Positions 8,788 to 19,680 are shown, counted from the stretch's first letter. The stretch is 64,000 nt of DNA from Dehalococcoidia bacterium (GCA_034414555.1 DAOUMA010000005.1:41220-105219); one strand, 5' to 3'. The notes: a model not told the origin generated them from the sequence alone. Made by a program: numbers and translations.

Positions 8788-9735
8788 ATGGATTCATTAT
8801 TTGAGCATCGTAATTGCCCCAATTGTGGAGAGAATGACTTTGAGGTGCTGTTCGACTCCAATATAAAGAGAGGTGACCTTCAAGGTGGTATAGATACTAT
8901 CTATATGCTTCCCGGGGATAAATATGGAAGGCATGTTAAGTGTCGAAAGTGCCAGCTTGTATGTGTAAATCCAATTGAGAAAGCAAGCCGAATCAACGAT
9001 AACTACTCTGAAATGAACAATGGCGATGTGTCTATTGTTCGGGAAAATCGCTTACGTGCCACTAAAGCGCAGGTGAAATTAGCCCAAAAATATAAGGGCA
9101 ATACCAAGCTTTTAGATATAGGTTGTGGGGAAGGGTTTTTCCTGTTTAATGCTTCCAGGGCAGGCTATATTACCGAGGGGGTTGAATTATCGCAGAATGC
9201 CGTGGAATATGCCAGGAGGGAGTTTGGCTTGGATGTAGAGGTAGGACCATTTGAAGAGATGCAATTTCCAGAAAACTATTTTGATGTGGTTACTTTATGG
9301 CAAGTTCTGGAGCATCTGCCACAACCGCTTATGGTTCTTAAAGAGGCCTGCAGGGTGCTTAAGCCAGGAGGGTTGCTGGTGGTATCAACGCCAGACTTTG
9401 GAGGGATACCAGCAAGAATCATGGGGAAAAGATGGTGGAATGTGAGGAGAATTCACATCAATCAATTTACCACCAAAACCCTTATGAACATTATGAAGAA
9501 TGCCGGGTTTGAGAATTTATCTTCGGTCAACTACAGGGAATCCATAAGTTTACTTATGCTGGTTATACCATTGTTGAGATGGTTTAAGGCGCGTAAGCTG
9601 GGAACGGCGTTACTCCACCCTGGCTCTACTCAAGGAAGGATTATGAATAAGATAACATTGGTATACCCTTCAAGACTCGATAACTGTGTAGCGATTGGCT
9701 TCAAACAGAAGTCTCAAGCTATTGCTAGCGAATGA
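8788..9735 (+). CDS. Class I SAM-dependent methyltransferase with N-terminal Cys4 zinc-ribbon (C-methyltransferase-like architecture)
   Basis: CPNCG…CRKCQ zinc ribbon followed by SAM motif I LLDIGCGEGFF and a post-I acidic residue. This resembles sugar/natural-product C-methyltransferases. Confidence 0.7.
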   Translation: MDSLFEHRNCPNCGENDFEVLFDSNIKRGDLQGGIDTIYMLPGDKYGRHVKCRKCQLVCVNPIEKASRINDNYSEMNNGDVSIVRENRLRATKAQVKLAQKYKGNTKLLDIGCGEGFFLFNASRAGYITEGVELSQNAVEYARREFGLDVEVGPFEEMQFPENYFDVVTLWQVLEHLPQPLMVLKEACRVLKPGGLLVVSTPDFGGIPARIMGKRWWNVRRIHINQFTTKTLMNIMKNAGFENLSSVNYRESISLLMLVIPLLRWFKARKLGTALLHPGSTQGRIMNKITLVYPSRLDNCVAIGFKQKSQAIASE

Positions 9736-10724
9736 CGAATTTTTCGGTATTACAAGGACTTAAGCTTGCCAGGAAGGCAATACGTAACTATATGACAAAT
9801 CGCCCTGTAGTGGTTTCTTATGAAGTGACTCTTTCTTGTAATTGCAACTGCTGCCATTGCGACCTCGGTGGCGTGATAAGGGACGAAAAGCAACTTCAGC
9901 CACATGAGTATGGTGAGCTAACTAGATTGTTGAATCCTCCTGTGTTGCAGATCTCAGGTGGGGAACCGTTTCTGCGTAAAGATATAATCGAGGTGGTGAA
10001 GGCTGTCAAGCAACCTGATGGGCTTCCCTATTTGATATTTGTTACCAATGGGGTGCTATTAAATGAGAGTAATTATCTTCAGTTACACGAAGCTGGTGTG
10101 AATCAAATTTCGGTATCGCTTGATTTTCCCGATGAAAGGCATGACGATTTCCGACGGCATCAGGGTTTGTATAAACGTTTGGAGAAGACACTTCCACAGT
10201 TAGCGAAGTTTGGTTATCGAGATATTATCTTGAACACAGTTATAACCAGAGCGAACCTGAAGGAAGTTTTGCCTATAGCTAGGAAGGCTGAAGAGTGGAA
10301 TGTATTCATATCATATAGCGCATATACTGCAAGACGGACGGGTGATAGAAGTTATTGTATCGCTAGTGAAGAAGAACAGGAAATTTTACGCAGAACTATT
10401 GAACAACTTTTGGAATTACAAAAGCGAACTAATCATATAGTTAACCCTAAAGCTGAACTTTTGGATACCTTGAAGTTCCTTGAGCAAGGATATATGCCTA
10501 ATTGCAAGGCGGGTATAAGGTTCTTCGTGGTAATGCCTGACGGAGCTTTTGTCCCGTGTTCACTATGGCGTAACAAATATTCCAGCCAAAAAGAGATGAT
10601 AGAAAAGTTCTCGCGCTCTAATCAATGTAGTGATTGTTATGTTAGTATAAGGGCTTACAGCGAGAGGTCATTTTGGGGTCAGGTAAAAGAGGCTCCAAGT
10701 TATGGCAAGCGGTTTTTCGCTTAA
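9732..10724 (+). CDS. Radical SAM protein with Cys-rich C-terminal (SPASM-like) region
   Basis: The CxxxCxxC cluster is embedded in SCNCNCCHCD. Additional C-terminal cysteines: NCKAG…PCSLW…NQCSDCYVS. The start overlaps the methyltransferase stop (ATGA), implying translational coupling. Confidence 0.7.
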   Translation: MTNFSVLQGLKLARKAIRNYMTNRPVVVSYEVTLSCNCNCCHCDLGGVIRDEKQLQPHEYGELTRLLNPPVLQISGGEPFLRKDIIEVVKAVKQPDGLPYLIFVTNGVLLNESNYLQLHEAGVNQISVSLDFPDERHDDFRRHQGLYKRLEKTLPQLAKFGYRDIILNTVITRANLKEVLPIARKAEEWNVFISYSAYTARRTGDRSYCIASEEEQEILRRTIEQLLELQKRTNHIVNPKAELLDTLKFLEQGYMPNCKAGIRFFVVMPDGAFVPCSLWRNKYSSQKEMIEKFSRSNQCSDCYVSIRAYSERSFWGQVKEAPSYGKRFFA

Positions 10725-10744
10725 AATCTTTGATAAGCTTTACC

Positions 10745-11011
10745 TTAAGTGACAGTTGGAGTCTCGCCGGGATGTAACTTGCGCCACTTTCCCAGAAGTT
10801 GCTCGTGGGTTTCCTTATGCTCTGGGTCGAGAACACAGGAATCTACTGGACATATCTCAACACACTTGGATGATTCGAACCACCCTACACACTCAGTGCA
10901 TTTGTCGGGGTCGATGACATAGATTGATTCACCTTCACTTATCGCCTCATTCTTGCATTCTGATTCACAGGCGCCACAACTGATGCATTCATCGTTAATT
11001 TTGTATGCCAT
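10745..11011 (-). CDS. 2x[4Fe-4S] ferredoxin with C-terminal extension
   Basis: Motifs CISCGACESEC and CTECVGW…CVEICP. Confidence 0.65.
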   Translation of the reverse strand: MAYKINDECISCGACESECKNEAISEGESIYVIDPDKCTECVGWFESSKCVEICPVDSCVLDPEHKETHEQLLGKWRKLHPGETPTVT

Positions 11012-11030
11012 TCCTTTATCACCTCCTTAA

Positions 11031-11564
11031 TTACAATGAAATTTTGTTTCGATGTGAAGCCTTTTCTGCTGGAGCTTCAAGGTATTCTCCACATAACTTT
11101 TCATTCAAGGCAACAGCAACATGTTTGGGAACTAGTCCCTCAAGGCAACCTCTAAGCTTTGCTACTTCCTTAATCAACCTGGAACTGAGGCACTGATATT
11201 CAGAGCTTGTCATGAAGCAAATTAATTCTATGTCTGGTGCCAGCTTCTTATTCATCATTGCCATTTCGAACTCTGCCTCAAAGTCGGAATTCATCCGTAA
11301 TCCTCGAATCATTATCTTTCCTCGCTCTTTGCGGATGAAGTCCACGGTAAGGCCAGAGTAGGATTTAACATAAACATTGTGTACTTCAGCTACTGCTTCT
11401 CTGGCCAAAGCTAACCTTTCTTCTAGAGAGAAGAGCATTTGTTTATCCGGTCTATCATAGATGCCGATGATTAACTTGTCAAAAAGAGCAGACGCACGGT
11501 TAATAATATCGAGGTGTCCGTTAGTTATGGGGTCGAAGCTACCGGGATATATTGCTGTTACCAT
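11031..11564 (-). CDS. coaD: Phosphopantetheine adenylyltransferase
   Basis: AIYPGSFDPITNGHLDII signature. Confidence 0.9.
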   Translation of the reverse strand: MVTAIYPGSFDPITNGHLDIINRASALFDKLIIGIYDRPDKQMLFSLEERLALAREAVAEVHNVYVKSYSGLTVDFIRKERGKIMIRGLRMNSDFEAEFEMAMMNKKLAPDIELICFMTSSEYQCLSSRLIKEVAKLRGCLEGLVPKHVAVALNEKLCGEYLEAPAEKASHRNKISL

Positions 11565-12111
11565 TGTTTATTCTTTGATACATAGAAACACATGTATCAC
11601 CATAATGAGATTGTTTAACTAGATGTAGTTTATCATACTCAGAGTTTGGTGAAAAGTGCTTCGTGTGGCAAAGCACTACCATGGAGTTGGCTCCTATAAG
11701 CTCTGAACTGGCTATGGTTGTTAATACGTTGTCTATAGATGACAGAGAATACGGGGGGTCAAGGAAAATAACATCGTAATTATTGTTTAGGAATGTGATT
11801 GCTTTCTTCACGTTACAACAATAAACGTGAGCTCTGTCGGGAAAACCTGTCTTTTCCAGGTTATGTTTAATAATGTCGCAGCACTTTTTGCTTTGGTCAA
11901 CGAAATCAACCCACTCTGCGTTGCGGCTTAGGGCCTCAATGCCTAAAGCCCCAGTGCCAGCATATAAGTCAACAATCCGGTGCCAATCATGGGACATGTT
12001 CTGTAAGGTGGAGAAAATGGCATGTCTTACTAAATCTGTAGTAGGGCGAAGTGATTGTTTCTGTAGCGTTTTTAATTGTATTCCTTTGGCTTTACCGCCT
12101 GTTATTCGCAT
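11539..12111 (-). CDS. rsmD: 16S rRNA (guanine966-N2)-methyltransferase RsmD
   Basis: MRITGG…DLYAGTGALGIEALSR…DPPY motifs. Confidence 0.85.
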   Translation of the reverse strand: MRITGGKAKGIQLKTLQKQSLRPTTDLVRHAIFSTLQNMSHDWHRIVDLYAGTGALGIEALSRNAEWVDFVDQSKKCCDIIKHNLEKTGFPDRAHVYCCNVKKAITFLNNNYDVIFLDPPYSLSSIDNVLTTIASSELIGANSMVVLCHTKHFSPNSEYDKLHLVKQSHYGDTCVSMYQRINNGNSNISR

Positions 12112-12250
12112 TCTCAGTTATCATTTTATCGTAACTTACTCTCTGCTTCAACAATTGATGACTGCTTTCATGATTAGTGATGTATCATTTACCAGGCTCC
12201 CCCTTGCTTCAGGGTATTCTCTCTACTAGAATATATTCTTACGTAACCAC

Positions 12251-14044
12251 ATGGAGAAAATTTACCACAAATTTGTGGTACAACTGAAGCATATAGCTTC
12301 TTTTGCTACCCTTGCCTACCTGCGAAGGTGGCTTCCCGCCGTCATTTTGATTGGCATTACTGCCGGTGTAGCGTCTATTGCGTTCTTTTCTGCCATAAAC
12401 TGGGCTAGCAAGCTTTTCCTTGGTTTAGGGGCTGGTTTTGTTCCTCCTGTCCCCGCTGGTGTTGGCGAGACTGTTGTCACTGGAATAAGCAGGAAATGGA
12501 TGATTCCCGTAATAACCGCGATCGGTGGTCTAATAACCGGCTTTATCATCTATAAGTTGGCGCCTGAAGCTGAAGGTCACGGAACTGATGCTGCCATAGA
12601 TGCCTTTCACCGTAAGGATGGAGTGATACGAACTAGGATCCCTCTCCTTAAGTTGGTTGCTTCGGCGGTCACAATTGGCTCCGGTGGAAGTGCTGGCAGG
12701 GAAGGGCCAATGGCTCAGATCTCAGCTGGCTGTGGTTCCTTGGTAGGGAGACTATTCAGGTTTAACGCCCATGACCGCAGGCTGGCTGTAGCTGTGGGAA
12801 TTGGAACCGGGATTGGCTCTATATTTAAAGCACCTTTTGGTGGCGCTATACTAAGCGCAGAGATTTTGTACTTACAAGGATTTGAGGTAGAGGCTCTTCT
12901 TCCTTCATTTATATCCACAATCATTGGCTATTCTATCTATGCTAGCTGGTCTGGATTTGCTCCCATTTTTGGTGAACACGTTGCCATAAGCTTCTCCAAT
13001 CCTGCTACCCTGGGTTCTTACGCCCTATTAGGCATCCTTTGTGGCCTAGTAGGCATTGTGTATGCTCGCACATTTTACGGTGTGCGTAACCTTTTTCGTA
13101 GACTGAACATCTCAAACTGCTATAAACCGGCTATCGGCGGCTTGGTTACAGGCTTGATCGGGCTTGCTCTGCCGCAAGTATTGGGTATGGGATATGGCTG
13201 GCTTCAGTTGGCAATGCAACCTGAAAGATTGGCGCTTTCTGTCATGATAGCCTTGGTATTTGCCAAGATAGTGGCTACCTCCTTCTCTATAGGTTCCGGG
13301 GGTAGTGGTGGGGTGTTTGCTCCTGGCTTAGTTATGGGAGGCATGTTGGCCGCTTCACTGTGGACTTTAGGTCATAACTTTGTTGGTTCTTATTTGCCCT
13401 CTAATCCCGAGCCCTTCGTTGTCGTTGGCATGATGGCTCTTTTTGGTGCTGTGGCTCATGCTCCTGTAGCGGTGATTGTTATGGTGAGTGAGATGACAGG
13501 GACATATACGATGCTAGTGCCGGCCATGGTAGCAGTAGGCTTTGCTTATGTCATTGTAGGCAGGATTACTATTTACGAAAGCCAGATTTCATCCCCAATA
13601 GCTTCCCCAGCACACAAATATGAGTATGTCACCCCGCTTCTGAGGATAATGCAGGTAAAGCAGGCAATGGTCAGTGGTTGTGAGGTGATTTCTACAAAGG
13701 CAAGCGTGGAAGAAGCGGCAGAAATGATACATAGATGTAACATGGATATTCCGGTGGTAGATGCAGGGCAGCTAGTAGGAATAGTAGCCAGGGAGGATAT
13801 TCTTCCTATTCCGAGTGAGTCAAGAAGTATAACCAAGGTTGAAAGCGTGATGTCAACTGATTTAGCGGTGATTCATATTGAGGAAACGCTGGAGCAAGCA
13901 CTGGAACTCATGATAACCAGAAGAGTAGCTGTCTTGCCTGTAGTGGATAGGAAAGAGCCTACAAAACTTCTGGGCTTGGTGACCCGCGATAGCATCATCC
14001 AGGCTTATGAATTGGAGGCTAGAAAGATGTTAAGGAAAGTTTAG
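12251..14044 (+). CDS. ClC-family chloride channel/transporter with C-terminal CBS domain pair
   Basis: GSGGSAGREGP and GIFKAPFGG selectivity-filter motifs, multiple TM helices, C-terminal tandem CBS-like region. Confidence 0.85.
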   Translation: MEKIYHKFVVQLKHIASFATLAYLRRWLPAVILIGITAGVASIAFFSAINWASKLFLGLGAGFVPPVPAGVGETVVTGISRKWMIPVITAIGGLITGFIIYKLAPEAEGHGTDAAIDAFHRKDGVIRTRIPLLKLVASAVTIGSGGSAGREGPMAQISAGCGSLVGRLFRFNAHDRRLAVAVGIGTGIGSIFKAPFGGAILSAEILYLQGFEVEALLPSFISTIIGYSIYASWSGFAPIFGEHVAISFSNPATLGSYALLGILCGLVGIVYARTFYGVRNLFRRLNISNCYKPAIGGLVTGLIGLALPQVLGMGYGWLQLAMQPERLALSVMIALVFAKIVATSFSIGSGGSGGVFAPGLVMGGMLAASLWTLGHNFVGSYLPSNPEPFVVVGMMALFGAVAHAPVAVIVMVSEMTGTYTMLVPAMVAVGFAYVIVGRITIYESQISSPIASPAHKYEYVTPLLRIMQVKQAMVSGCEVISTKASVEEAAEMIHRCNMDIPVVDAGQLVGIVAREDILPIPSESRSITKVESVMSTDLAVIHIEETLEQALELMITRRVAVLPVVDRKEPTKLLGLVTRDSIIQAYELEARKMLRKV

Positions 14045-14055
14045 TCGGAGGTAAC

Positions 14056-14085
14056 TTGACAAGATTAACTTTGATTCCTTATAAT
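14056..14085 (+). promoter_or_regulatory. Near-consensus sigma-70 promoter upstream of pyrG (TTGACA-17 nt-TATAAT)
   Basis: TTGACA at 14056-14061, 17-nt spacer, TATAAT at 14080-14085; pyrG start lies ~75 nt downstream. Confidence 0.45.
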
Positions 14086-14160
14086 TGTGTATAATTCAAT
14101 TTGCCTCGTAATCACGTGACCATACCTCGTTTCTTGAGTTAATTAAATCTGTGATAAATA

Positions 14161-15789
14161 GTGGCTAAGTATATCTTCGTTACCGGTGGTGTAATTAGTT
14201 CTGTTGGTAAGGGGATATCGGTAGCTTCTATTGGTCGGGTATTGAAAAGTCGTTCTATTTCTGTTTCAGTGCAAAAGCTTGACCCTTATTTGAATGTTGA
14301 TCCGGGCACAATGTCTCCATATCAACACGGGGAGGTATTTGTTACCCAAGATGGCGCTGAAACTGATTTAGATTTGGGACATTATGAAAGGTTTATCGAC
14401 GTGGAATTAACTAGAGCTTCAAATGTTACTTCAGGAGAAATATATTCCACGATTATTGCCAATGAGCGAAGAGGTGACTTTTTGGGCGGCACCATTCAGA
14501 TAGTACCTCATGTGACAAACGAAATAAAAAGGCGTATCAGGCAAGTAGCTGAAATATCTAATGCCGATGTAGTCATAGTTGAAGTTGGTGGCACTGTGGG
14601 TGATATTGAAGGGCAGCCGTTTCTTGAAGCCATTCGTCAAATGAGGGGGGAAGAAGGAAGAGATAATGTGCTGTATATTCATGTTACTTTTTTACCTTAC
14701 ATTGCTGCCACGGACGAATTAAAGACCAAGCCTACACAGCATAGTGTCAATGAACTAAGAAGGATTGGTATTCAACCTGATGTTATCTTGTGTCGCAGCG
14801 ACCGGGAGATACCGGAAGGGATAAAGGATAAGATATCACTTTTCTGTGATGTGCCAAAAGAAGCAGTTATCCCCTTGGTTACCAGTGAAACTATTTATGA
14901 AGTGCCCTTGATGCTGGAGGAATATGGGTTAGGGGACTTCATAGTCAATCGTTTGGTGCTGGAGGCTAAGGAGGCTGATTTGGATAATTGGCACAAGATG
15001 GTAGCCAGGCTGAAAGCCCCTAAAACCCCAGTGGTCATTGGTCTAGTGGGGAAGTATGTTGAGCTTCATGATGCCTATTACTCGGTGCGGGAAGCATTAT
15101 GTCATGCAGCTTTAGCGCACAATTTGGATGTGAAGATAGAATGGCTTAGCTCGGAAGGATTGGATGGCAGTAATGATGATAAGTTGAGGCAAGTTCAAGG
15201 CATAGTGGTACCTGGTGGCTTTGGGCATAGAGGTATTGAGGGTATGGTAGAGACTGCTAAGTTTGCCCGAGAAGAAAAGGTTCCTTACTTGGGTTTATGT
15301 CTTGGTATGCAGATTATGGTTATTGAATTTGGGCGGCATGTGTTTCATAATATGAGAGTTAATTCTACTGAGTTTGACGCTGACACTCCTTATCCTGTAA
15401 TTGACTTGCTTCCTGGACAACGTGGTATTAGCCAGAAAGGAGGAACTATGCGTTTGGGAACTTATCCTTGCTGCTTAGTACCCGGGACGAAGGCAGCTCA
15501 GGCTTATAATAGGGAGACAATTTATGAAAGGCATCGGCATCGTTTTGAGTTTAATAATCGGTTTCGTCAGCCATTGGAGGAAGCAGGACTTATATCTAGC
15601 GGGCTTTCACCGGACGGGGAATTGGTGGAAATCGTTGAGCTGAAGAATCATCCCTGGATGGTCGCCTGTCAATTCCATCCTGAATTTAAATCTCGCCCTG
15701 ACAGTCCTCACCCGCTTTTTGTGAATTTTATCAAGGTAGCGAATGAGACGCTTGTTGAAGGTGCTCAGACAAGCCTACCCTTGAGTTAA
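14161..15789 (+). CDS. pyrG: CTP synthase
   Basis: GTG start; N-terminal synthetase motif [16 protein letters not shown]; C-terminal glutamine amidotransferase domain with the catalytic Cys in GLCLGMQ. Confidence 0.95.
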   Translation: MAKYIFVTGGVISSVGKGISVASIGRVLKSRSISVSVQKLDPYLNVDPGTMSPYQHGEVFVTQDGAETDLDLGHYERFIDVELTRASNVTSGEIYSTIIANERRGDFLGGTIQIVPHVTNEIKRRIRQVAEISNADVVIVEVGGTVGDIEGQPFLEAIRQMRGEEGRDNVLYIHVTFLPYIAATDELKTKPTQHSVNELRRIGIQPDVILCRSDREIPEGIKDKISLFCDVPKEAVIPLVTSETIYEVPLMLEEYGLGDFIVNRLVLEAKEADLDNWHKMVARLKAPKTPVVIGLVGKYVELHDAYYSVREALCHAALAHNLDVKIEWLSSEGLDGSNDDKLRQVQGIVVPGGFGHRGIEGMVETAKFAREEKVPYLGLCLGMQIMVIEFGRHVFHNMRVNSTEFDADTPYPVIDLLPGQRGISQKGGTMRLGTYPCCLVPGTKAAQAYNRETIYERHRHRFEFNNRFRQPLEEAGLISSGLSPDGELVEIVELKNHPWMVACQFHPEFKSRPDSPHPLFVNFIKVANETLVEGAQTSLPLS

Positions 15790-15800
15790 GTGAGAGAGCG

Positions 15801-16451
15801 ATGCGTTTATTCTTGGATACCGCTAATATAGAGCATATCCGCCACGGTGTAAGACTAGGGGTGATCAGTGGAGTAACTACCAATCCTAGCCTAATATCCA
15901 GGGAAGGGAAGGTTGATTACCAAAAGTTGGTCAAGGCGATATGCGCTATTGTTCCTGGACCGGTATCTACTGAAGTATTAAGCCAGGATGCTTCTGGTAT
16001 GATTAATGAAGCCCGGCAAGTAGCTAAATGGGCAGACAACATCGTGGTGAAAATACCAGCTAACCTCGAAGGAGTAGAAGCTACCTCAGTGTTATCTAAA
16101 GAGGGTATTAAGGTGAATTTCACCTTATGTTTTTCCTTAAATCAGGCTTTATTAGGGGTGGCTGCAGGAGCTAGCTTTGTAAGCCCTTTTGTGGGCCGGC
16201 TTGATGATATCGGCGAAGATGGCATGAAAGTGGTGGAGGATATTGTTAAATTCTTACGCTTTTATCAACTCCCTACTCAGGTAATAGCAGCGAGCATCAG
16301 GCATCCTCAGCATTGCATGGTAGCGGCAAAAGTTGGTGCGCATATTGCTACTGTTCCCTATAAGGTATTGCTTCAAATGATACAGCATCCTTTGACTGAT
16401 ATTGGAGTTAAGCGCTTTATTGATGACTGGACAAGGGTGATGAAGGATTAA
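15801..16451 (+). CDS. tal: Transaldolase/fructose-6-phosphate aldolase family (short Tal/FSA type)
   Basis: MRLFLDTANIEHI…TTNPSL motif; length ~216 aa typical of FSA/short transaldolases. Confidence 0.85.
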   Translation: MRLFLDTANIEHIRHGVRLGVISGVTTNPSLISREGKVDYQKLVKAICAIVPGPVSTEVLSQDASGMINEARQVAKWADNIVVKIPANLEGVEATSVLSKEGIKVNFTLCFSLNQALLGVAAGASFVSPFVGRLDDIGEDGMKVVEDIVKFLRFYQLPTQVIAASIRHPQHCMVAAKVGAHIATVPYKVLLQMIQHPLTDIGVKRFIDDWTRVMKD

Positions 16452-16461
16452 GGAGGTTGCT

Positions 16462-17727
16462 ATGGTAAGCATGACTGAACTTGAAGATAAGACTCGTGAC
16501 GAATTGGAGGTGATGGCCAGGGAATGTGGCGTCACTGGATACTCTTCGCTGAAAAAGGCGGAGCTTATTCAGCATATCCTACAATCTCAAGCAATGCAGC
16601 AGGGTAATTTGTTCGTGAGCGGTGTATTGGAGATTATGAGTGAAGGTTATGGGTTCTTACGGCAGGATAGCTTTTTGCGTGGTGCCAATGACATTTATGT
16701 ATCTAATTCTCAAGTTCGTCGGTTCAATTTGAGGAATGGCGATTATATTTGCGGAGAGGCTAGAGCCCCTAAGGATAGCGAAAAATATTATGGGTTGCTT
16801 CGTGTGGAAAGCGTTAACGGGCTCGACCCTGAAGCGGTCAGGGAGCGTCCCAATTTTGGTTCTTTGATACCTACTTTTCCCGACAAGCTGATTAATTTAG
16901 AAACTACTCCCGGTGAGCTATCTACTCGGCTGATTAATTTAATAACTCCTATAGGTAGAGGACAAAGAGGACTGATAGTCTCGCCTCCTAAAGCAGGTAA
17001 AACGGTACTCCTTAAGAAAATCGCTAATGCTATCACCACCAATTACAATGATATTCACCTTATGGTTTGCTTGATTGGAGAAAGGCCTGAGGAAGTAACT
17101 GATATGAGGAGGTCAGTGAAAGCTGAGGTTGTTGCTGCTACCTTTGATGAGCCAGTGGAGAATCAAACTCGTGTGGCTGAGCTGGCATTGGAAAGGGCGA
17201 AAAGACTGGTGGAACTGAACAAAGATGTGGTTATTCTCCTCGATGGTATCACTCGTCTTACTAGAGCTTACAATTTAGCAATGCCTGTCAGCGGACGCAC
17301 TTTATCTGGTGGTCTTGACTCGTCAGCTTTGTATCCTCCGAAACGATTCTTCGGTACTGCTCGCAATACTCAGGAAGGTGGTAGCTTAACAGTCATTGCT
17401 ACCTGTTTGGTGGATACTGGCAGTCGTATGGATGAGCTTATATACGAAGAGTTTAAGGGGACGGGGAATATGGAGCTTCATTTAGATAGAAAATTATCGG
17501 AGAAGAGGATTTTCCCGGCAATAAACATAATTCCCAGTGGAACGAGGCGAGAGGAGCTTCTTTTAGATGAGGACACTGTAAAGCAAGTATGGCTGCTCAG
17601 GCGTGTAGTTTCTATGCTAGCTGACGATTCTCCTAATCCCAGTGAAGCTACAGAGAGGTTGTTGGCCAGGTTATCTAAGACAAGGGATAACGCTGAATTC
17701 TTAGCTACTTTGTCCAAGGATATGTGA
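16462..17727 (+). CDS. rho: Transcription termination factor Rho
   Basis: N-terminal Rho_N ([19 protein letters not shown]), cold-shock-like RNA-binding domain, Walker [16 protein letters not shown]. Confidence 0.95.
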   Translation: MVSMTELEDKTRDELEVMARECGVTGYSSLKKAELIQHILQSQAMQQGNLFVSGVLEIMSEGYGFLRQDSFLRGANDIYVSNSQVRRFNLRNGDYICGEARAPKDSEKYYGLLRVESVNGLDPEAVRERPNFGSLIPTFPDKLINLETTPGELSTRLINLITPIGRGQRGLIVSPPKAGKTVLLKKIANAITTNYNDIHLMVCLIGERPEEVTDMRRSVKAEVVAATFDEPVENQTRVAELALERAKRLVELNKDVVILLDGITRLTRAYNLAMPVSGRTLSGGLDSSALYPPKRFFGTARNTQEGGSLTVIATCLVDTGSRMDELIYEEFKGTGNMELHLDRKLSEKRIFPAINIIPSGTRREELLLDEDTVKQVWLLRRVVSMLADDSPNPSEATERLLARLSKTRDNAEFLATLSKDM

Positions 17728-17918
17728 GAAATCTCAATTTTACTATGAGTGCCAAGGGACCAAACTGGGCATACGGAATTAAAGTTAGAATTAAAAAGGC
17801 GTTGGGCAAGGATATTATTCTATGTGATAGTTGCCAGTGGAATTGGCGGAGTGCTTGCAATCGTCCTGAACGTCCCAATGCTATTTGGTGTCCTGATTAT
17901 AGTAAGAAGGGCAAATGA
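17724..17918 (+). CDS. Hypothetical small Cys-rich protein (possible zinc ribbon), GTG start overlapping the rho stop
   Basis: 64 aa, CDSCQ…C…CPDY; no recognisable family; could be spurious. Confidence 0.25.
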   Translation: MRNLNFTMSAKGPNWAYGIKVRIKKALGKDIILCDSCQWNWRSACNRPERPNAIWCPDYSKKGK

Positions 17919-19217
17919 TTATGCTTTCCTTTCCAACACTGCTGCCATGCCCAGTCCGCCACCAACGGGTATAGCTACCAGGGCGTAATGTAGATTCCTT
18001 CGTTTCATATCGTGCATAGCGGTAACTACTAACCTTGCTCCTGTTGCGCCGAGGGGATGTCCCAAGGCGATGCCGCCTCCATGGGGATTGGTGCTATTCC
18101 AGCTCATATCAAGCTCTCTCATGCAGGCGATGGTTTGGGCGGCGAAAGCTTCATTAAGTTCGATGAGGTCCATGTCTTTAATGGTAAGTCTTGCTTTTCT
18201 GAGGGCGTTTTTTATTGCCGGTATAGCCCCCAGTCCCATATAAGCTGGGTCTACAGCTCCAGAGGCATAGGATTTAATAGTTACCCAGGGTTCGAGTCCT
18301 AACGATTTAGCTTTAACACTTGACATAAGTATCACTGTTGCTGCGGCGTCGTTGATGCCTGAGGAATTGCCTGCGGTGACTGTTCCATTGCTTTGAAATA
18401 CCGGGGGCAGGAGAGCCATTTTTTCAAGGCTTGTGTCCATAGGGCGTTCATCGGTATCAAAATGGATTGGTGGACCTCCCTTCTTTTGTGGAACAGGCAC
18501 AGAAACGATTTCCTGTTTGAAGATTCCTTCCCTTATAGCTGTTTTAGCTCGCTTATGACTCAGAAATCCTACTTCATCTTGCTCGGTGCGGCTTATATTG
18601 TATTTGATGGCGATGTTTTCTGCGGTGTTACCCATATGATATCCGTAGAACGCATCCCACAGTCCATCAAGCACCAGGAGGTCTATAACGTCTGCCTTAA
18701 CGGTGATGCTCATCCTGTAGCCCCAACGAGCTTTAGGAAGGATATAGGGGGAGTGACTCATGCTTTCCATTCCTCCAGCAACCACCACATCTGCTTCGCC
18801 GAGCATTATCGCTGCAGCACCTAATATGATTGCTTTTAGGCCTGAGGCGCAAACTTTATTTACGGTATAAGAAGGTGTTTCCTTAGGGATGCCAGCATGA
18901 ATAGCAGCCTGACGGGCAGTGTTTTGTCCCTGCCCTCCTTGAAGGACATTACCCATGATTACTTCGTCAACTTGAATTTCTTGCAAGGAAGGATCCCAAT
19001 TATAGTATTTTGCTTCTAACTCAGAGATTTCTTCGTCTTTAAAAACAGAAGGTCCGTAACTTAGAAGTTTCTTGCTAGTTTTTGGTCTTAAACCAGCTCG
19101 TTTAAGCGTTTCCCTGATCACCAGGTGCCCTAAGTTGGCAACGGGGATATCCCTCAAGGTGCCACCGAAAGTGCCTATCGGTGTTCTTACCCCGCTGACT
19201 ATAACAACTTCTTTCAT
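17919..19217 (-). CDS. Acetyl-CoA C-acetyltransferase (thiolase)
   Basis: VVIVSGVRTPIGTFGG, NKVCASGLKAI (active-site Cys) and C-terminal GGGLGMA thiolase signatures. Confidence 0.85.
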   Translation of the reverse strand: MKEVVIVSGVRTPIGTFGGTLRDIPVANLGHLVIRETLKRAGLRPKTSKKLLSYGPSVFKDEEISELEAKYYNWDPSLQEIQVDEVIMGNVLQGGQGQNTARQAAIHAGIPKETPSYTVNKVCASGLKAIILGAAAIMLGEADVVVAGGMESMSHSPYILPKARWGYRMSITVKADVIDLLVLDGLWDAFYGYHMGNTAENIAIKYNISRTEQDEVGFLSHKRAKTAIREGIFKQEIVSVPVPQKKGGPPIHFDTDERPMDTSLEKMALLPPVFQSNGTVTAGNSSGINDAAATVILMSSVKAKSLGLEPWVTIKSYASGAVDPAYMGLGAIPAIKNALRKARLTIKDMDLIELNEAFAAQTIACMRELDMSWNSTNPHGGGIALGHPLGATGARLVVTAMHDMKRRNLHYALVAIPVGGGLGMAAVLERKA

Positions 19218-19338
19218 TACCTTCTCCTATTTTCTATTTGTTAACCGCAAAAATTGATGAGCGCCATGTAATTTATCTCGAAGGCTATCAATTGAGGGAA
19301 AATTATTTATTTAAGGATAGTGCTGCCAAAACTTCAAT

Positions 19339-19680
19339 TGGTGGAGGCGGGGGAGAGTCGAACTCCCCGTCCATAGGGGGGTTGCCAGAATATTCTACAA
19401 GCTTGGCCAGCTCCATTTATCTCGCCTAACTTTCATCTGCTGACCGAATCCAGCTAAGCCAGTCGATTTCTCTTATCCAATCCTTATCGACATCGGGATT
19501 GGAGCACCTCGACTTTTTGACACCCAGTCCCGACCTTCGAGGAGAGGTTGGGGTGGGTGTGTAGCTTTAATTAGGCTGCAATAGGTTCGGCATTTATTTT
19601 TTGCCATTTGTTTTGTGAGGTTAATGGCACCTCAGCTTGCAATTCTGTAGGCCGTCCCATGTCGAATCCACGCGCCCCCG
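19339..19680 (-). ncRNA. ssrA: tmRNA (SsrA)
   Basis: The minus-strand RNA begins GGGGGCGCGUGGAUUCGACAUGGGACGGCC and ends …GGACGGGGAGUUCGACUCUCCCCCGCCUCCACCA (tRNA-like T-arm and acceptor with encoded CCA). It lies immediately downstream of smpB. Ends were placed by acceptor-stem pairing. Confidence 0.85.
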
